Shown here in pieces: positions 1-12,447 of a stretch of 64,000 bases of DNA. The translations under genes and the position numbers were made by a program. How positions within the stretch are numbered: the stretch's first letter is position 1; each line of letters begins with the position of its first letter. The stretch spans positions 198,586,001 through 198,650,000 of the forward strand of contig OX597814.1 in assembly GCA_951406725.2 (NCBI GenBank), read 5' to 3'. The notes under the pieces were generated by a model. That model made no database searches. It was not told where the DNA came from and saw only the letters and a list, made by a program, of their open reading frames with translations. Source of the stretch: Octopus vulgaris. Lineage: Eukaryota.

Positions 1-326
1 TAACCTCCTTACTTGTTGGCTTCATTACTCATGCGTAATTCATTCTTCTTTCTAACGCCATATCCATTCTGTTGACCGCTCTCGCCAGTTCCTCCTCCGA
101 AGTCGACAGGTCTACTCACTGAGGTCAGAATACCTATTTCTCCTTGCCATTTCTCAAAAACACCACCGCTGCGAACAGCAAAAATCCAAAACAATTACGC
201 AAAACAAATTCAACCTTGAACCATTCAACCTTGAACCACTCAACCTACACAGACGAAAAAGCACGAAGCATCAAACACGACGTGCTGACGATTCTGCCAG
301 CTCGCTGCCTTGCAGGCAGAATTAAT

Positions 327-533
327 CCTTTCCATTGAAGAACACAAGGCCTGAAATGTTGGCGAAGGGGACTAGTCGATTACATCGACCTTAGTGTTCA
401 ACAGTTACTTATTTTATCGATCCCGAAAGGCAAAGTCGAGCTCGGCAAAATTTGAACTCAGATCATAGCGACTGGCGAAATACCGCTAAGCATTCCGTCC
501 AATGTGCTAACGATTCTACCAGCTCGCTGCCTT
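327..533 (-). mobile_element. SINE group A (tRNA-like head, central GTCGACTTTGCCTTTCATCC domain), A2 tail
   Basis: Minus strand reads AAGGCAGCGAGCTGG head, B-box-like GAGTTCAAATT, central domain and tail ...GGCCTTGTG; flanked by 15-nt direct repeats 312-326/534-548. Central domain resembles, from memory, the Meta/MESC/Sauria-type SINE core. Confidence 0.85.
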
Positions 534-1055
534 GCAGGCAGAAATAATAATAAACGGAAATATATTTATATACCGTTCGTGAATACACATACCGATGGAC
601 ATTAACATGTGCATAACAGCAATTAGTGATAGAAAACTAAATATTTCTATATGGCATCCGAATAAATGAAGAAAAACTCTAAATTCTATTCTAATTACAT
701 TATTGATTTTTGTGTCTTATTTGAAGTCTCCAACATACACGCTGATTTTCACGTACATTTATACACCAATGTACGCATGCATGTATCAGTACGAGTATCT
801 ACATAACTCTCTGTCTGTCTGTCTTTCTTTCTCCCTCTCTCAGTTCAATAAAAATTGTTTTATAATTGGTTTTATCAATTGAGATTTTGTCATGCTGGAA
901 CAATGCCACAACTTATCGAAGTTCTTCACTAAATTATGTTTTCCTCAGTTGTTTTGCTAATGATATCATTGACGCGTAGCTTGAACTTACTGTTTGATTT
1001 TTATAGATTGTCTATAATTAAAGCACTCATTAATATTCGTCCTGTTACTGTTGCT

Positions 1056-1095
<40 letters not shown>

Positions 1096-1096
<1 letters not shown>

Positions 1097-1487
1097 CTCT
1101 TTTTTTACTTGCTTCAGTTATTTTGACTGTGGCCACGCTGGAGCACCGCTTTTAGTCGAGCAAGTCGACTCCAGGACTTATTATTTGTAAACCTAGTACT
1201 TATTCTATCGGTCTCTTTTCCCGAACCGCTAAGTTAAGGGGACGTAAACACACCAGCATCGGTTGTCAAGCGATGTTGAGGGGACAAACACACACACACA
1301 CAAACATATACATACATATATATACGGCGGGCTTCTTTCAGTTTCCGTCTATCAAATCCACTCACAAGGCTTTGTCGGCCCGAGGCTATAGTAGAAGACA
1401 CTTGCCCAAGTTTCCACGCAGTGGGACTGAACCCGGAACCATGTGGTTGGTAAGCAAGCAACTTACCACACAGCCACTCCTACGCCT
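1096..1487 (-). mobile_element. SINE group B (tRNA-like head, CORE-like CTTGGGCAAGT, internal TA/TG microsatellite)
   Basis: Reverse complement of the GGCGCAGGAGTGGCTGTGTGG...GACTGAAACAAGTAAAAGAG unit also seen at 4717-5163 and 21189-21622. Confidence 0.9.
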
Positions 1488-1964
1488 ATTCTTCTTCCTC
1501 TTCTTCTCAGTTGTTGTTTAGTCCCAGATCAACCCTTTACTTTTAGGCCTGTGATCATAACTAGGATGGTGTCATTGCTAGAAACACAAGTACCCAACAT
1601 CGCATCCCCAAAATTACCGTTCGGCTGATTGACACAAAATCTCCCCCAAAACAACGTACTTCATCCCCTGTTTCTGTAACCTCTCTGGAGAAGATACAAC
1701 ATGTCCCGTTACTGGTTGTATCACCAGATAGAGTGCTGGAGTCTATTTGTTCGGTGCCCCAGCTTGGCCGCTGTCTGATGACTGAAACAAGTAAAACAAA
1801 GGATAAACAAGAACCATTCATAACAGCTCTTCCTTTAAAAGCCTATTAAACACACCACACATGATTCTCCCCATTTTGAATATTTATTCTTGTACGCATT
1901 TCCTTCAGCCGTCAATTTCCAAATGTTCAAGCGAAACGTTAAAAGCATCAACATATCCGATCTT

Positions 1965-2170
1965 ATTTTTCTTTACTGCCCACAAGGGCCTAAACATAGA
2001 GGGGACAAACAAGGACAGACAAAGGTATTAAGTCGATTACATCGACCCTAGTGCGAAACTGGTATTTAATTTATCGACCCCGAAAGGATGAAAGGCAAAG
2101 TGGACCACGGCGGAATTTGAACTCAGAACGTAACGGCAGACGAAAAATCGCTAAGCATTTCGCCCGCCTT
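1965..2170 (-). mobile_element. SINE group A, A1 tail
   Basis: Same head and core as other A copies; tail TTTGTCCCCTCTATGTTTAGGCCCTTGTGGGCAGTAAAG; TSD-like CAT(A/C)TCCGATCTTA on both sides. Confidence 0.9.
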
Positions 2171-2970
2171 ATCATCTCCGATCTTAGACTCGCTCGAAAG
2201 CTATGAGCACAACCTATTTCCTCAAATTAAAAAAACATTGTTTCAACATTTTCCTTTCTATCTCTTAGTAAATCAATGAATACTTTGTCTTGTCTGTATC
2301 GCTTTCTATTTAAGACGACAGTAAGGGTTTTACTCGAGTGATATTTGGTTGCTATTTCTAGCAGGTCGAACGAAGCGGCCACATAAAGGCTCCTTTACTG
2401 GTTACTTATTATTTGTATTGTTTAAATCAAGTGAACGCCATTCTCATATCTTAAGATATAACTTAATAGACATCCATACATAAATGCAAAGTGATCACAT
2501 CTAAATCACAAACTGACCTCTGACCTTATCTCGAGGCTATGAATCAGTTTTTATCGAAGGTCTTTCGCCCATTCTTCTTCCCGTTATTACACCGGACACA
2601 AAATGTTTGTAAGTACCTGATTTTAGAATCATAGAATGTCACAGTATGTGGTGCAGTGTAATATATTCCAGTTAAAATATTTCCGTATTCTTTTCTTTTT
2701 GCATTTCTAGTGCACAATGCACAACCATTTTGATAATAACATTGGCATTTTAAGTTCGTTAGACACGTTTCATAAATGCAAAAATTCTGGAGGCTTTCTC
2801 TTCGGTGACGTACGTAGCGTGCAAGTCCATTGCCTACATCTCACTGTTCAACCTTTAGAAAACAGGTTAAGTACCAACAAAATGTTTTACCGGAAAACCA
2901 GACACGTGATTTCCCGTTGATGTTAAAGGTTTGTTAGCTTATAATATCAACAACGATGTTGAATGTTTGG

Positions 2971-3034
<64 letters not shown>

Positions 3035-3065
3035 GAGAGAGTGCACGGAGAAATTACGTACAATA

Positions 3066-3210
3066 TTATTTTCTACTCTAGGCACAAGGCCAGAAATTCT
3101 GGGGGAGGGGTCAGTCGAGTAGATCGACTCAAGTACGCAACTGGTACTTAATTTATCGACCCCGAAAGAATGAAAGGCAAAGTCGACCTTGGCAGAATTT
3201 GAACTTAGAA
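3066..3210 (-). mobile_element. SINE group A fragment (A2 tail)
   Basis: GGCACAAGGCC...CCCGAAAGAATGAAAGGCAAAGTCGACC...TTTGAACT. Confidence 0.8.
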
Positions 3211-3770
3211 ATTACATACAATAATAAGAGGGAGTCTCTTTGTAGTAGCTCGACTTGGTAAAGATAATGGTCAATTTCTCTTAAACTAAGATATACTGTC
3301 TTAAAAAAAATATGAGTAATACATTGGACAACCGAGTCTCAAGATACACAGAAAAAGACGGCAGATGACGACTTTGAATCACAGGTGTGATATATCAGAA
3401 ATGACCAAAGGTGGAGAAAGGCTAAACAGCATCACTATCATCACCAGCATCACCAATAACAACAGTAACAACAGCAACAAATCACCTCTAGTTATAAGGA
3501 GAATAAACTTAAATTTCAACATGATAGGGATCTAGGTTACATCATCATGTGTAGTTGACTTAAATCGTTGCCTATCATTTAGGACTTGCGGGTCTTTACT
3601 GTGTTACAAGTATTCGAATCAAGTTCAAAGTCTTGCAATAAAGTTAAGTTTTCGCGCGCTCAGGATGCCGGTTTAGGTCCGAGAAGACTTCTATTTACTC
3701 ACCAGTTTCACAACTGACACTGGAAACTGTCGTAGCACCGCCCTTCTTTCTTTTGCCAAACCATTATAAT

Positions 3771-4059
3771 AATATTTTCGTACGAGTTCCTTATAATTTG
3801 TTTGAATCTTGAAAAACTTTTTAAAACAATAAGCAGTCTCTAGATTTCCTCGGTCTCATTATCTGGATGATGTAATTTTGGGTTGTGTTACTCCCGTTCT
3901 TTATAATGCAAGGTCAATATTTTGGTACGTGTTCCTTATAATTTGTTTCAATCTTGAAAACCTTTTTAAAATAATAAGCAGTCTCTAGATTTCCCCGGTC
4001 TCATTATCTGGATGATGTAATTTTGGCCTGTGATATTCCCGTTCTCTATAAGGCAAGGT
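3771..4059. repeat. Tandem duplication, period 145 bp, 2 copies
   Basis: 3771-3914 and 3916-4059 align end to end with scattered substitutions. Confidence 0.95.
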
Positions 4060-4311
4060 GATTGGTGTCAATATTAACACTGAAATTCGAATGGCAAATG
4101 TAGCTTCTTAAAATGAGAGCAACAAATGTCAAGACAATTTTATCCATCAGAAGAGGCGGCGGAGACAGAGGATACTTTGAAGGCGGATTTCGCAACTTTA
4201 TTGCTCCCTGCCAAAAGGTAAGGAAGAACTATTTTGGAAATATGGAAACAAACTACACCTCCCCCCCCCACACACACAAACACACAATTCCAAGTATGGT
4301 TACATTCTCAT

Positions 4312-4692
4312 GTAAAAAAGAAGCTTGAGAGGCGGTTGGATGGAACTTACACTCGCCTCCTTATGAGAGCTCAAACTGTCTCGTGGAAGCGTCATCCAAC
4401 CAAAGTACAAATATATAGGAAACTACCACCTGTGTCATCTCTTGTGAAAGGTAGAAGAGTCCAGTTTGCTGGACATTGTTGTAGAGCTGAAAACGAGGCA
4501 ATTTCTACTCTTCTCCTCTGGAAGCCATCTGCTCGCGATACCAGAGGGCGCACACTCTCCTACCCTGATGTAATCTCCAGGGATACAGGCATCCAGCAAC
4601 AGGACCTCCGTAATGCTATGATGGGCCGTGAAGTCTGGCGTAGCATAGTAAATTCCATTGTCTCGACCACGGTCGAACAACGATGATGATGA
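4312..4692 (+). mobile_element. 5'-truncated RTE-group LINE (ORF C-terminus and (TGA)n tail)
   Basis: LDGTYTRLLMRAQ..SW..H...RRVQFAGHC.R..LLLW.P motif; ends in TGATGATGATGA; 11-bp TSD TACATTCTCAT at 4301-4311 and 4693-4703. Confidence 0.88.
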
Positions 4693-4716
4693 TACATTCT
4701 CATCAGCAACATACAT

Positions 4717-4876
4717 AGGCGCAGGAGTGGCTGTGTGGTAAGTAGCTTGTTTACCAGCAACATGGTTCCGGGTTCAGTCCCACTGCGTGGCACCTTGGGC
4801 AAGTGTCTTCTACTATAGCCTCGGGCCGACCAAAGCCTTGTGAGTGGATTTTGGAAACTGAAAGAAGCCCGTCGTA

Positions 4877-4942
<66 letters not shown>

Positions 4943-5163
4943 CGTGTGTGTGTTTGTGTGTCTGTGTTTGTCTCCCTAGCATTGCTTGACAACCGATGCT
5001 GGTGAGTTTATGTCCCCGTTACTTAGCGGTTCGGCAAAAGAGACCGATAGAATAAGTACTGGGCTTAGAAAAGAATAAGTCCCGGGGTCGAGTTGCTTGA
5101 CTAAAGGCGGTGCTTCAGCATGGCCGCAGTCAAATGACTGAAACAAGTAAAAGAGTAAAGAGT
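4717..5163 (+). mobile_element. SINE group B, full length
   Basis: Head GGCGCAGGAGTGGCTGTGTGG, GGTTCAGTCCC B-box-like, internal (TA)n, tail GACTGAAACAAGTAAAAGAG. Confidence 0.92.
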
Positions 5164-5354
5164 ATACATGATCTTGCAAGGAAGATTAGATTCTATTCCA
5201 GCGATTCTCAGCCTTTTGTTATCGTGACCGATTTTCGGAAAATCAATAATCATCCATGACCTTTTTTTTTGAGAAATGTTTAATTAAAAATCAATTTTCC
5301 TAAAATATATATGCCAATTGATTGCACTTAACAATTGATACTATATATTCGTAT

Positions 5355-5502
5355 AGCCGCTGGAGTGGCTGCTTCCAAACCACATGGTTCCGAGTTCAAT
5401 CTCACTGCGTGGCACCTTGGGTAAGTGTTTTCTACTATAGCCCCTGGTCGACTAAAGCCTTGCGAGTGGCTTTGGTAAACGGAAACAGAGAGAAGCCCAT
5501 CG

Positions 5503-5553
<51 letters not shown>

Positions 5554-5812
5554 GTGTTTTTGTATCTACGTTTGTCTCCTACCATCGCTTGACAACCGGT
5601 GTTGGTGTGTTTAGGTCCCCCATAACATATCGGTCTCTAAAACAGACAGAATACTCTTTTACTCTTTAAGTTGTTTCAGTCATTTGACTGCGGCCAAGCT
5701 GGAGCACCGCCTTTAATCGAGTAAATCGACCCCAGGACTTATTGTATGTAAGCCTAGTACTTATTCTATCGTAATTTTTTGCCGAACCGCTAAGTTACGG
5801 GGACGCAAACAC
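5355..5812. mobile_element. Two SINE B partial copies, tail-to-tail (+ 5355-5640, - 5655-5812)
   Basis: Similarity to the 4717-5163 unit in both orientations. Confidence 0.8.
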
Positions 5813-6112
5813 AAAGGAGAGAAAGAGAGAGGCGCAGGATGAGCGCGCATGCTCCACCTACCTCCCCTCCACTTACATCCCCCACTTACCTCCCCTCCCC
5901 TCCACTTACCTCCACTTACCTCCCCTCCAACTACCCCTCCTCCTCCTCCTCCTCCTATCCCTCTTACACCTCCTCCTACCTCATCTTCTACCCCTCCTCT
6001 TCCCACTCCGCCTATCCCCTCATTCTCTATGATTGTCTTTCACTATGTGTGTAGCTTTCCATTACTTATTGTCTGCCAACATGCCGAGCATGTGCGCTCA
6101 TCCTGCGCCCCG

Positions 6113-6144
<32 letters not shown>

Positions 6145-6609
6145 CTTTTCCGCTTCGATATAAAAGCGTAACTGGAGCAAGCAAACAACCAACCGACAAA
6201 CCAACTGACTATCCAATCTTTACGTCGGCTGTTAATAATTATTTCGAGACAGATATTACTTTTCAATGCAGTGCACAAATAGGCAGACGTAATTTTGTTA
6301 ATTTTCGCTAATTTCATTATGTTTGAATATTCTTTGTTTGTTTGCAAGCGATATAAAATAGTGTTGCTGTCATCTTTGTCTTGTCGAGATGGGAACGACA
6401 AGATGACGACAACAAGAATGAAATGGCCACCACTTAACCTTAAAACGAAAGCAAATACACAGACATTGTAACTGTAAAGAAATGAATCACGAATATTTTA
6501 CAAAAGATGAAAGAAAACTGTGTTTGTTAAATATAAATCCCATGTGAAAACGACCGATGTTTATTATAAAGGAGAATAAAAGAAAATAAAAGTCAGATTG
6601 AAGATATAA

Positions 6610-6860
6610 ATAGTCACTTTCCAGTCCCTGAGGCTCTCTCCTGGCGACCTACACATCTATCATATTGTAAAAACTGCAACGATTAAATTTCCACTTTAGG
6701 AATTAACACATTCGAGTCTTGTACAATTTTGACTGTCTGTAAGCGCTACTGCTACTACATATAGAAATACCCAAAGATAATATCTAAAGACGGCCATTCG
6801 ACTGATCGACAAAAAGACATTTTCGTAAACAAAATATAAATGTTTATTCATATCCACACT
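6610..6860 (+). pseudogene. Decayed LRR remnant
   Basis: FPVPEAL (near 6618), ISTLGINTFESCTILTV (6687-6737) and IRLIDKKTFS*TKYKCLFIS (6796-6855) fit IxxIxxxTFxxLxxLxxLxIS. Confidence 0.35.
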
Positions 6861-7134
6861 GGTTCGTATCTTTCTGCCTCTCCAGCTGCGACTATAATGG
6901 TTCTACGGAGCGAAATAATAGACTCCCTATGTGATCGCTCGATTTGTTAAAAATAGCAGCCTAATCTCCTTTAAATCACGTCAAATCGCTTTGCATGACA
7001 GAAGAAAGGGCAAATTAAGTAATATGAGGCCATGGTCGTGGCTGGAAGGCTTTTGATCATGTCTTGTCACCCAGAGATGATCTGGATTTAATCAACAACA
7101 GCAACAATTCCTGCAACAATAACAGCAGTAACAG

Positions 7135-7166
<32 letters not shown>

Positions 7167-7479
7167 GTCTAGTGGCACAGTTACCCATTCCTCTAGGTAA
7201 CACATGTCGCGCCTTCTGGGGTCTCAGTTGCCAGATCCGGAACTAAACACTTTACCGAATCCTTCCTCCCCCACAACTTATTTCTTTCTGAAATTTCCTC
7301 TTCGCCATTAATCTTTTACAGACATCAACCTACACATGTGTAAATTGAATTGAACACCAACTGCTTCGATCTTATCACAAATCATATGCATTCCGCCTCT
7401 GTTTATAAGGAAGTAGTTTTTTTTCTTTCCTCTCGTCTGTTACATTATTCAAAGATTGTTCGTCTTGCATCCGGCAACG

Positions 7480-8740
7480 AATGCTGTGAAGTGATTTTGT
7501 TTCGTTTCTCCTTCTTCGTGTATTTTCAAAGTAAGATTGTTCTTTTACTTCTATCGTAGCAGGATATGAGAATTCTACCGAACCTGCATACATTACACTT
7601 GACATTTTCTGTATTTTCTTCGCTTGATCTATGTTATGCCAAATTATTTTTTGTGTCGATAACATTGTTATTTAACTGGGTCATGATGTTACTAGTCTAC
7701 AATATTACTATTTTACTCTTTTACTTGTGTCAGTCATTTGACTGCGGCCATGCTGGAGCACCGCCTTTTAGTCGAGCAAATCGGCCCCAGGACTTAGTCT
7801 TTGTAAGCCTAGTACTTATTCTATCGGTGTCTTTTGCCGAACTGCTAAGTTACTGGGACGTAACACACCAGTATCGGTTGTCAAGAGATGTTGGGGGGAC
7901 AAACACAGACACACAAACATATACACACACACATATATACATACATGTACATATATACGACGGGCTTCTTTCAGTTTCCGTCTACCAAATTCACTCATAA
8001 GGCTTTGGTCGGCCAGAGGCTATAGTAGAAGACACTTGCCCAAGGTGCCACGCAGTAGGACTGAACCCAGAACCACGTGGCTGGTAAGCAAGCTACTTAC
8101 CACACAGCCACTCCTGCATCCATATGGTAATTTCTCTTTATCGAATATAACGCATTCATTCTGTTAGATTTCTCTTGATTAACTATAATACATTCTCTGT
8201 ACTTTTAAATAGATTCTTCTGTGTAATTCGTTTTTATTTTCACTTTCACTTTGAAAGAGACAGAAAAAACTGTTGCGCTTCTGGTCACTTATAATGCTTG
8301 CAAAATATTGATCCAATGAGAGTTTCTTGGATAAATCAAAATGTAATTCTATGATCATGTGTGAAATAATGTTCAACGATAAGTTATTAATTGATGAGAA
8401 AATTCGACCTTTCAGGTCGGTGTTTCTTCGTTGAATCATTCATCCATTTGAAGCTAATTAAGTGAAGCAGAACGAACTCGTGCATAGATTCTGTATTGAG
8501 ATATCTCTCAGTATAAAAGAACAAATATCCTTTTGGCCGTTGAGATTTCACTCTGAAAAAACTTATTCGGCGTGACAAGTTATTCTTTTAACAATCTCTG
8601 CAAGCACAGATTTTCTATTAAAAAAAAGACATCTCAAATGTTTAATACAAGGTATCACCATCATATCAAATGTATAGAGACTGTTAGAAGGCAAGGTGCT
8701 ATGAAATTGTCTGAGATAAAATCTTTTCATAGGCTTATGT
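7480..8740 (-). pseudogene. Decayed TLR-like remnant (LRR, LRRCT, TIR-like) split by a SINE
   Basis: Minus-strand order: IKHLRCLFFNR (8646-8614), LISFKWMN, DLKGRIF, CVIFDKEKLPYG (8154-8119), SINE B, SNIVD (7709-7695), MLSTQKIIW, KEQSYFE (ORF 7375-7665). Confidence 0.35.
7713..8118 (-). mobile_element. SINE group B, full length
   Basis: Reverse complement of the B unit from tail to head. Confidence 0.92.
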
Positions 8741-8746
8741 GTTACA

Positions 8747-8814
<68 letters not shown>

Positions 8815-8816
<2 letters not shown>

Positions 8817-9095
8817 TTTTTTGACCCTGTTATCTCCCCTATTTTCGCTCTTGCGTCTCACGTTTGGTTTCTGACTTCTGGCCAGAATCGCCATGTGGAA
8901 TCGCTAGCGTCTGCACGCATTTTTTCCTCTCCTTGTATCTCTCCGTGTTTCTTTTCTGTGTATCTTTCTGTTGAAGAGCGTAGGCTCGAAACGTAAAAGA
9001 CTTGTTTTATTTATATTCCTGAGCGCCATACGAATACAATTGTTTGTTTGTACTCCACCTGCCTTCGTCTTTGTTTATTTTCATAAAGCTTCCCG

Positions 9096-9098
<3 letters not shown>
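8815..9098 (+). mobile_element. Penelope-like pseudo-LTR remnant between (TA)n tracts
   Basis: Contains a hammerhead-like motif at 8963-9000; homologous to minus-strand copies at 37215-37410 and 37500-37650. Confidence 0.6.
8963..9000 (+). ncRNA. Minimal type I hammerhead-like motif, variant core
   Basis: UCUUU-CUGUUGA-A-GAGC(GUAG)GCUC-GAAA-CG-UA-AAAGA: stems I and II pair; core has U at position 6. Confidence 0.5.
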
Positions 9099-9166
<68 letters not shown>

Positions 9167-9478
9167 GGTGCGGGCGTTGCTGTGTGGTCAGAGGCCTGCT
9201 TCTCAAACACACGGTTCCGGGTTCAGTCCCACTGCGTTGGCACCTTCGGCAAGTGTCTTCTACTATATCCTCGGGCCGACCAAAGTCTTGTGAGTGGATT
9301 TGGTAGACGGAAACTGAAAGAAGTCCTTCGTGTATATGTATTTATACTTACGTGTTTGTCTTTGTGTCTGTGTTTGCCACGCAGTAGGAATGACACCGGA
9401 GTCGTGTTGTTGGAAAGAAAACTTCTTACCACACAGCCACGCTGTGAAAATGTATATTCAGGGTTGTGTCAAATATAT

Positions 9479-9752
9479 CTTTGTTCCTTCTCGAGCCATG
9501 CCTGGTTCATAAGGCCCGGTTTCCTTGGACGGGACGCCGGTCCGTCGCAGGTGAGCTGCAAGATGCAGGAGGAAAGAGTGAGAGAAGGTTGTGGCGAAAG
9601 AGTCATCAGAAGTTCGCCATTACCTTCTGCTGGAGCCGCGTGAAGCTTAGGTGTTTCGCTCATAAACACACACATCGCCCGGTTTGAGATTCGAACCCGC
9701 TAACCCTCGACCGCGAGTACGCTGCTCTAACCACTAAGCCATGTGCCCCCAC
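9479..9752 (-). mobile_element. SINE group C (tRNA-derived head), tail type C2
   Basis: Head GGCACATGGCTTAGTGGTTAGAGCAGCG...GGTTCGAATC; 14-bp TSD TGTGTCAAATATAT at 9465-9478 and 9753-9766. Confidence 0.92.
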
Positions 9753-10449
9753 TGTGTCAAATATATGATTAATGAAAACAATTGCGAAAATATTCAACGC
9801 AGACGAAACCGGAATTTCTGAAACTAAATGGTACGAGCAAAAATTGTACGCGATGTGTGTTCATAGCACTCGTGATTTACGTGTTCACCGGTTCACAAGT
9901 ATAGGGAACATCGCTTAAAAGGAAGAGTGGTTCTCCAGTGGCGAAAAGCAACAGCGCTCAGATATTTATGCTCGAATCTGTCAGACTATATTAAGAATGA
10001 ATAGATACGTTATTGATTCGAATTTCGCTGTTCTGCATGCCTCCCACGAATTATTATCTGTTTGACAAGCATCAGCACGCATCATCAAATAGTTTGTTTG
10101 CTGATTCCCAGAAACAAGACTTTGCTCTTTTGAGATTCGTGAGGAAACAAACTACGAGGTTAAAACAACACAGAATCTCGAAGTTTCCTTACACAGGTGA
10201 ATTACGTGTTATGAACACAAATCGCATAAAACGAGGACAGTATTCCCCAGTGGTACTCAGATATCTACGTTTCAAATCTGCCAAAATGAATTAAGAGATG
10301 ATTAAGAGCATTCATGAATCAAAAGTACGGAGTGACAGTCAGCAGTATGAGAGGAATCCGGGGAAAATGCTCTACTGAATTTTTTTTAATGATATTTTTG
10401 TTGTTTTTGTAAAATAAAAAAAATATTTTTGTTGTTTTTGTAAAATGTC

Positions 10450-11600
10450 AGAAAATAATTAAAAATTCACATTTTTTGTCAAATGTTTCTCTTATATTTG
10501 TCTATCTATCCAATTGTAAGCATTTTAAATATTTCCCTAACTTCTTGTTATAACTTGGCAAAAGGGTACCTGTTTTGCCCAAAATTGCTAAATTTGTTCC
10601 CACAGTCTTTTTTTTATCTACAACCAGAATCGTAAACATTCTCTTGAAAATATTTCAAGCTAGTCAAAGTTGAGAGTTTAACAGAGACAGATTTGGGAAG
10701 AAATATACAGTGTTTCAATGTAACATCATTTGGCGACTTATAGACATGTGTTGTGATTTCAGTGGTTTCAAAAATCAAATGTAGGAAATCATTATTACCT
10801 CCACCTTAACGAAGGCTGAGGTATTGTGTGTGTATGCCCTTGAGTTGGTGTTTGTTCCATATTACATCTGAACAATTGCAGCTGGCTTGTTTCCGTTCCC
10901 GTAACTTAGTAGTTCGGCAAAAGGGATCGACCCCTTTGTCAATCCTTGTTTGTCCCCTCTATGTTTAGCCCCTTGTGGGCAATAAAGAAATAAGAAACGT
11001 TAGGACGCCGGGCGAATTGCTTTGCGTCGTTTCGTCTGCCTTTACGTCCTGAGTTCAAATTCTGCCGCGGGCAACTTTGCCTTTCATCCTTTTGTGGTCG
11101 ATAAATTAAGTACCTGTTGCATACTGGGGTCGATCTAATAAATAAGTCCTGGGATCGATTCGTTCGACTAAAATACTTCAAGCTTCTGCCCTGGCATGAC
11201 CGTAGAGCAATGACTGAAACAAGCAACGGATACAACACCAAAAAATACTACTAACATATATGAATGGACATCAGCGGCGAATTCCTTTATATCTTAATAT
11301 GTAACTGCGATACCACACAATAAACCTGGCTATTTTGGTTTAATTACATAATCAGCAACATTAAACCATTCTTTTCTTATCAATTGTTCTGAAGTAATGT
11401 TTCCTACATGAAACGAGGATTTCCATTCACTATTTCCTGTATTTACTTCCTACCAATAACATCCGCCATTACTTTCTGACAAGCATTTCCTGTCAAATGT
11501 CTCTGATTAAAATAGTTAACTTAGTCATGCAAAGATATAAAGCGGTAGTTTTTCACCTTGTACCTGAACTAAAGGTAAATCGCCTTATTATTGTTCAGCC
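10450..11600 (+). pseudogene. Decayed TLR-like ectodomain (LRRs, LRRCT, LRRNT, LRRs), interrupted by SINEs at about 10820-11230
   Basis: IIKNSHFLSNVSLIFVYLSNCKHFKYFPNF (10455-10544); SLTETDLGRNIQCFNVTSFGDL (10675-10740); MDISG...ICNCDTTQ*TWLFW (11264-11338); LINCSEVMFP (11376-11405); FLYLLPTNNIR (11434-11466); VVFHLVPELKV (11545-11577). Confidence 0.6.
10820..11230 (+). mobile_element. Composite SINE pieces: B fragment, A1 tail, A head and core, B tail
   Basis: A1 tail 10935-10993, A body to 11135, then B tail AATAAGTCCTGGGATCGA...GACTGAAACAAGC. Confidence 0.75.
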
Positions 11601-11613
11601 ACAATCTATTTAG

Positions 11614-11614
<1 letters not shown>

Positions 11615-11685
<71 letters not shown>

Positions 11686-11702
11686 GTATGTATGTATGTA
11701 TG

Positions 11703-11756
<54 letters not shown>

Positions 11757-11978
11757 CCTACCTACCTCCATATCTATCTACCTACTTACCTACATATCTA
11801 CCTACCTACCTACCTACCTACCTACCTACCTACCTATCTATCTACCTACATAGATATCTATCTACCTACCTACATATCTATCTATCTACCTACCTACATA
11901 TCTATTTTTCTATCTATCAGATCTATCTATCTATCTATTGATAGATTTGATAGATAGAAAAAATTGATAGATATTTGA

Positions 11979-12045
<67 letters not shown>
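11615..12045. repeat. (TATC)n/(TACC)n microsatellite
   Basis: Directly visible tetranucleotide tract. Confidence 0.97.
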
Positions 12046-12447
12046 GTGATTGTTTGTCTATCAATATGTCTATCAACCATCCACCCATCCATTCATCATA
12101 CAAACACATACAAAACACACACACACAAACATGCACGCCCACATGCATATATGCAAATATTAAATTTACTATTTTAAAGCTAGTTTAACAACAAAACTTT
12201 TCTCATAACGTACCTCGATATTCAGGTTTGCGTCAAATATATGATTCGAATCAACTGCGAATATAAGTTTTGCCTTCCGGCCTCTTCATCTTTTGGTTCT
12301 ATAGGTCAATAAATGAAATATGAGAACCCGAATATGCATATCTTGACGTACATACTTACATGCATACATAACAGTACTTGGTTTTATGTGTAAAAGCCTA
12401 ACCGGCAGTCTGGATAGACTTGGATTTTCAGAAAAAGAAATGAACCA

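Larger units (their letters stand above)
2601..4059 (+). pseudogene. Decayed LRR-receptor (TLR-like) N-terminal remnant, interrupted by repeats
   Basis: Manual translation with frameshifts: KCL*VPDFRIIEC (2601-2639) and YIPVKIFPYSFLFAFLVHN (2662-2718), LRRNT-like; NNIGILSSLDTFHKCKN (ORF 2717); FRTCGSLLCYKYSNQVQSLAIKLSFRAL (3578-3661); YNNIFVRVPYNLFES (3765-3809). Confidence 0.45.

Noticed and set aside
870-1040. Weak LRR-like stretch (SIEILSCWNN, SSLNYVFLS)
   Set aside because: Too short and compositionally biased to support.
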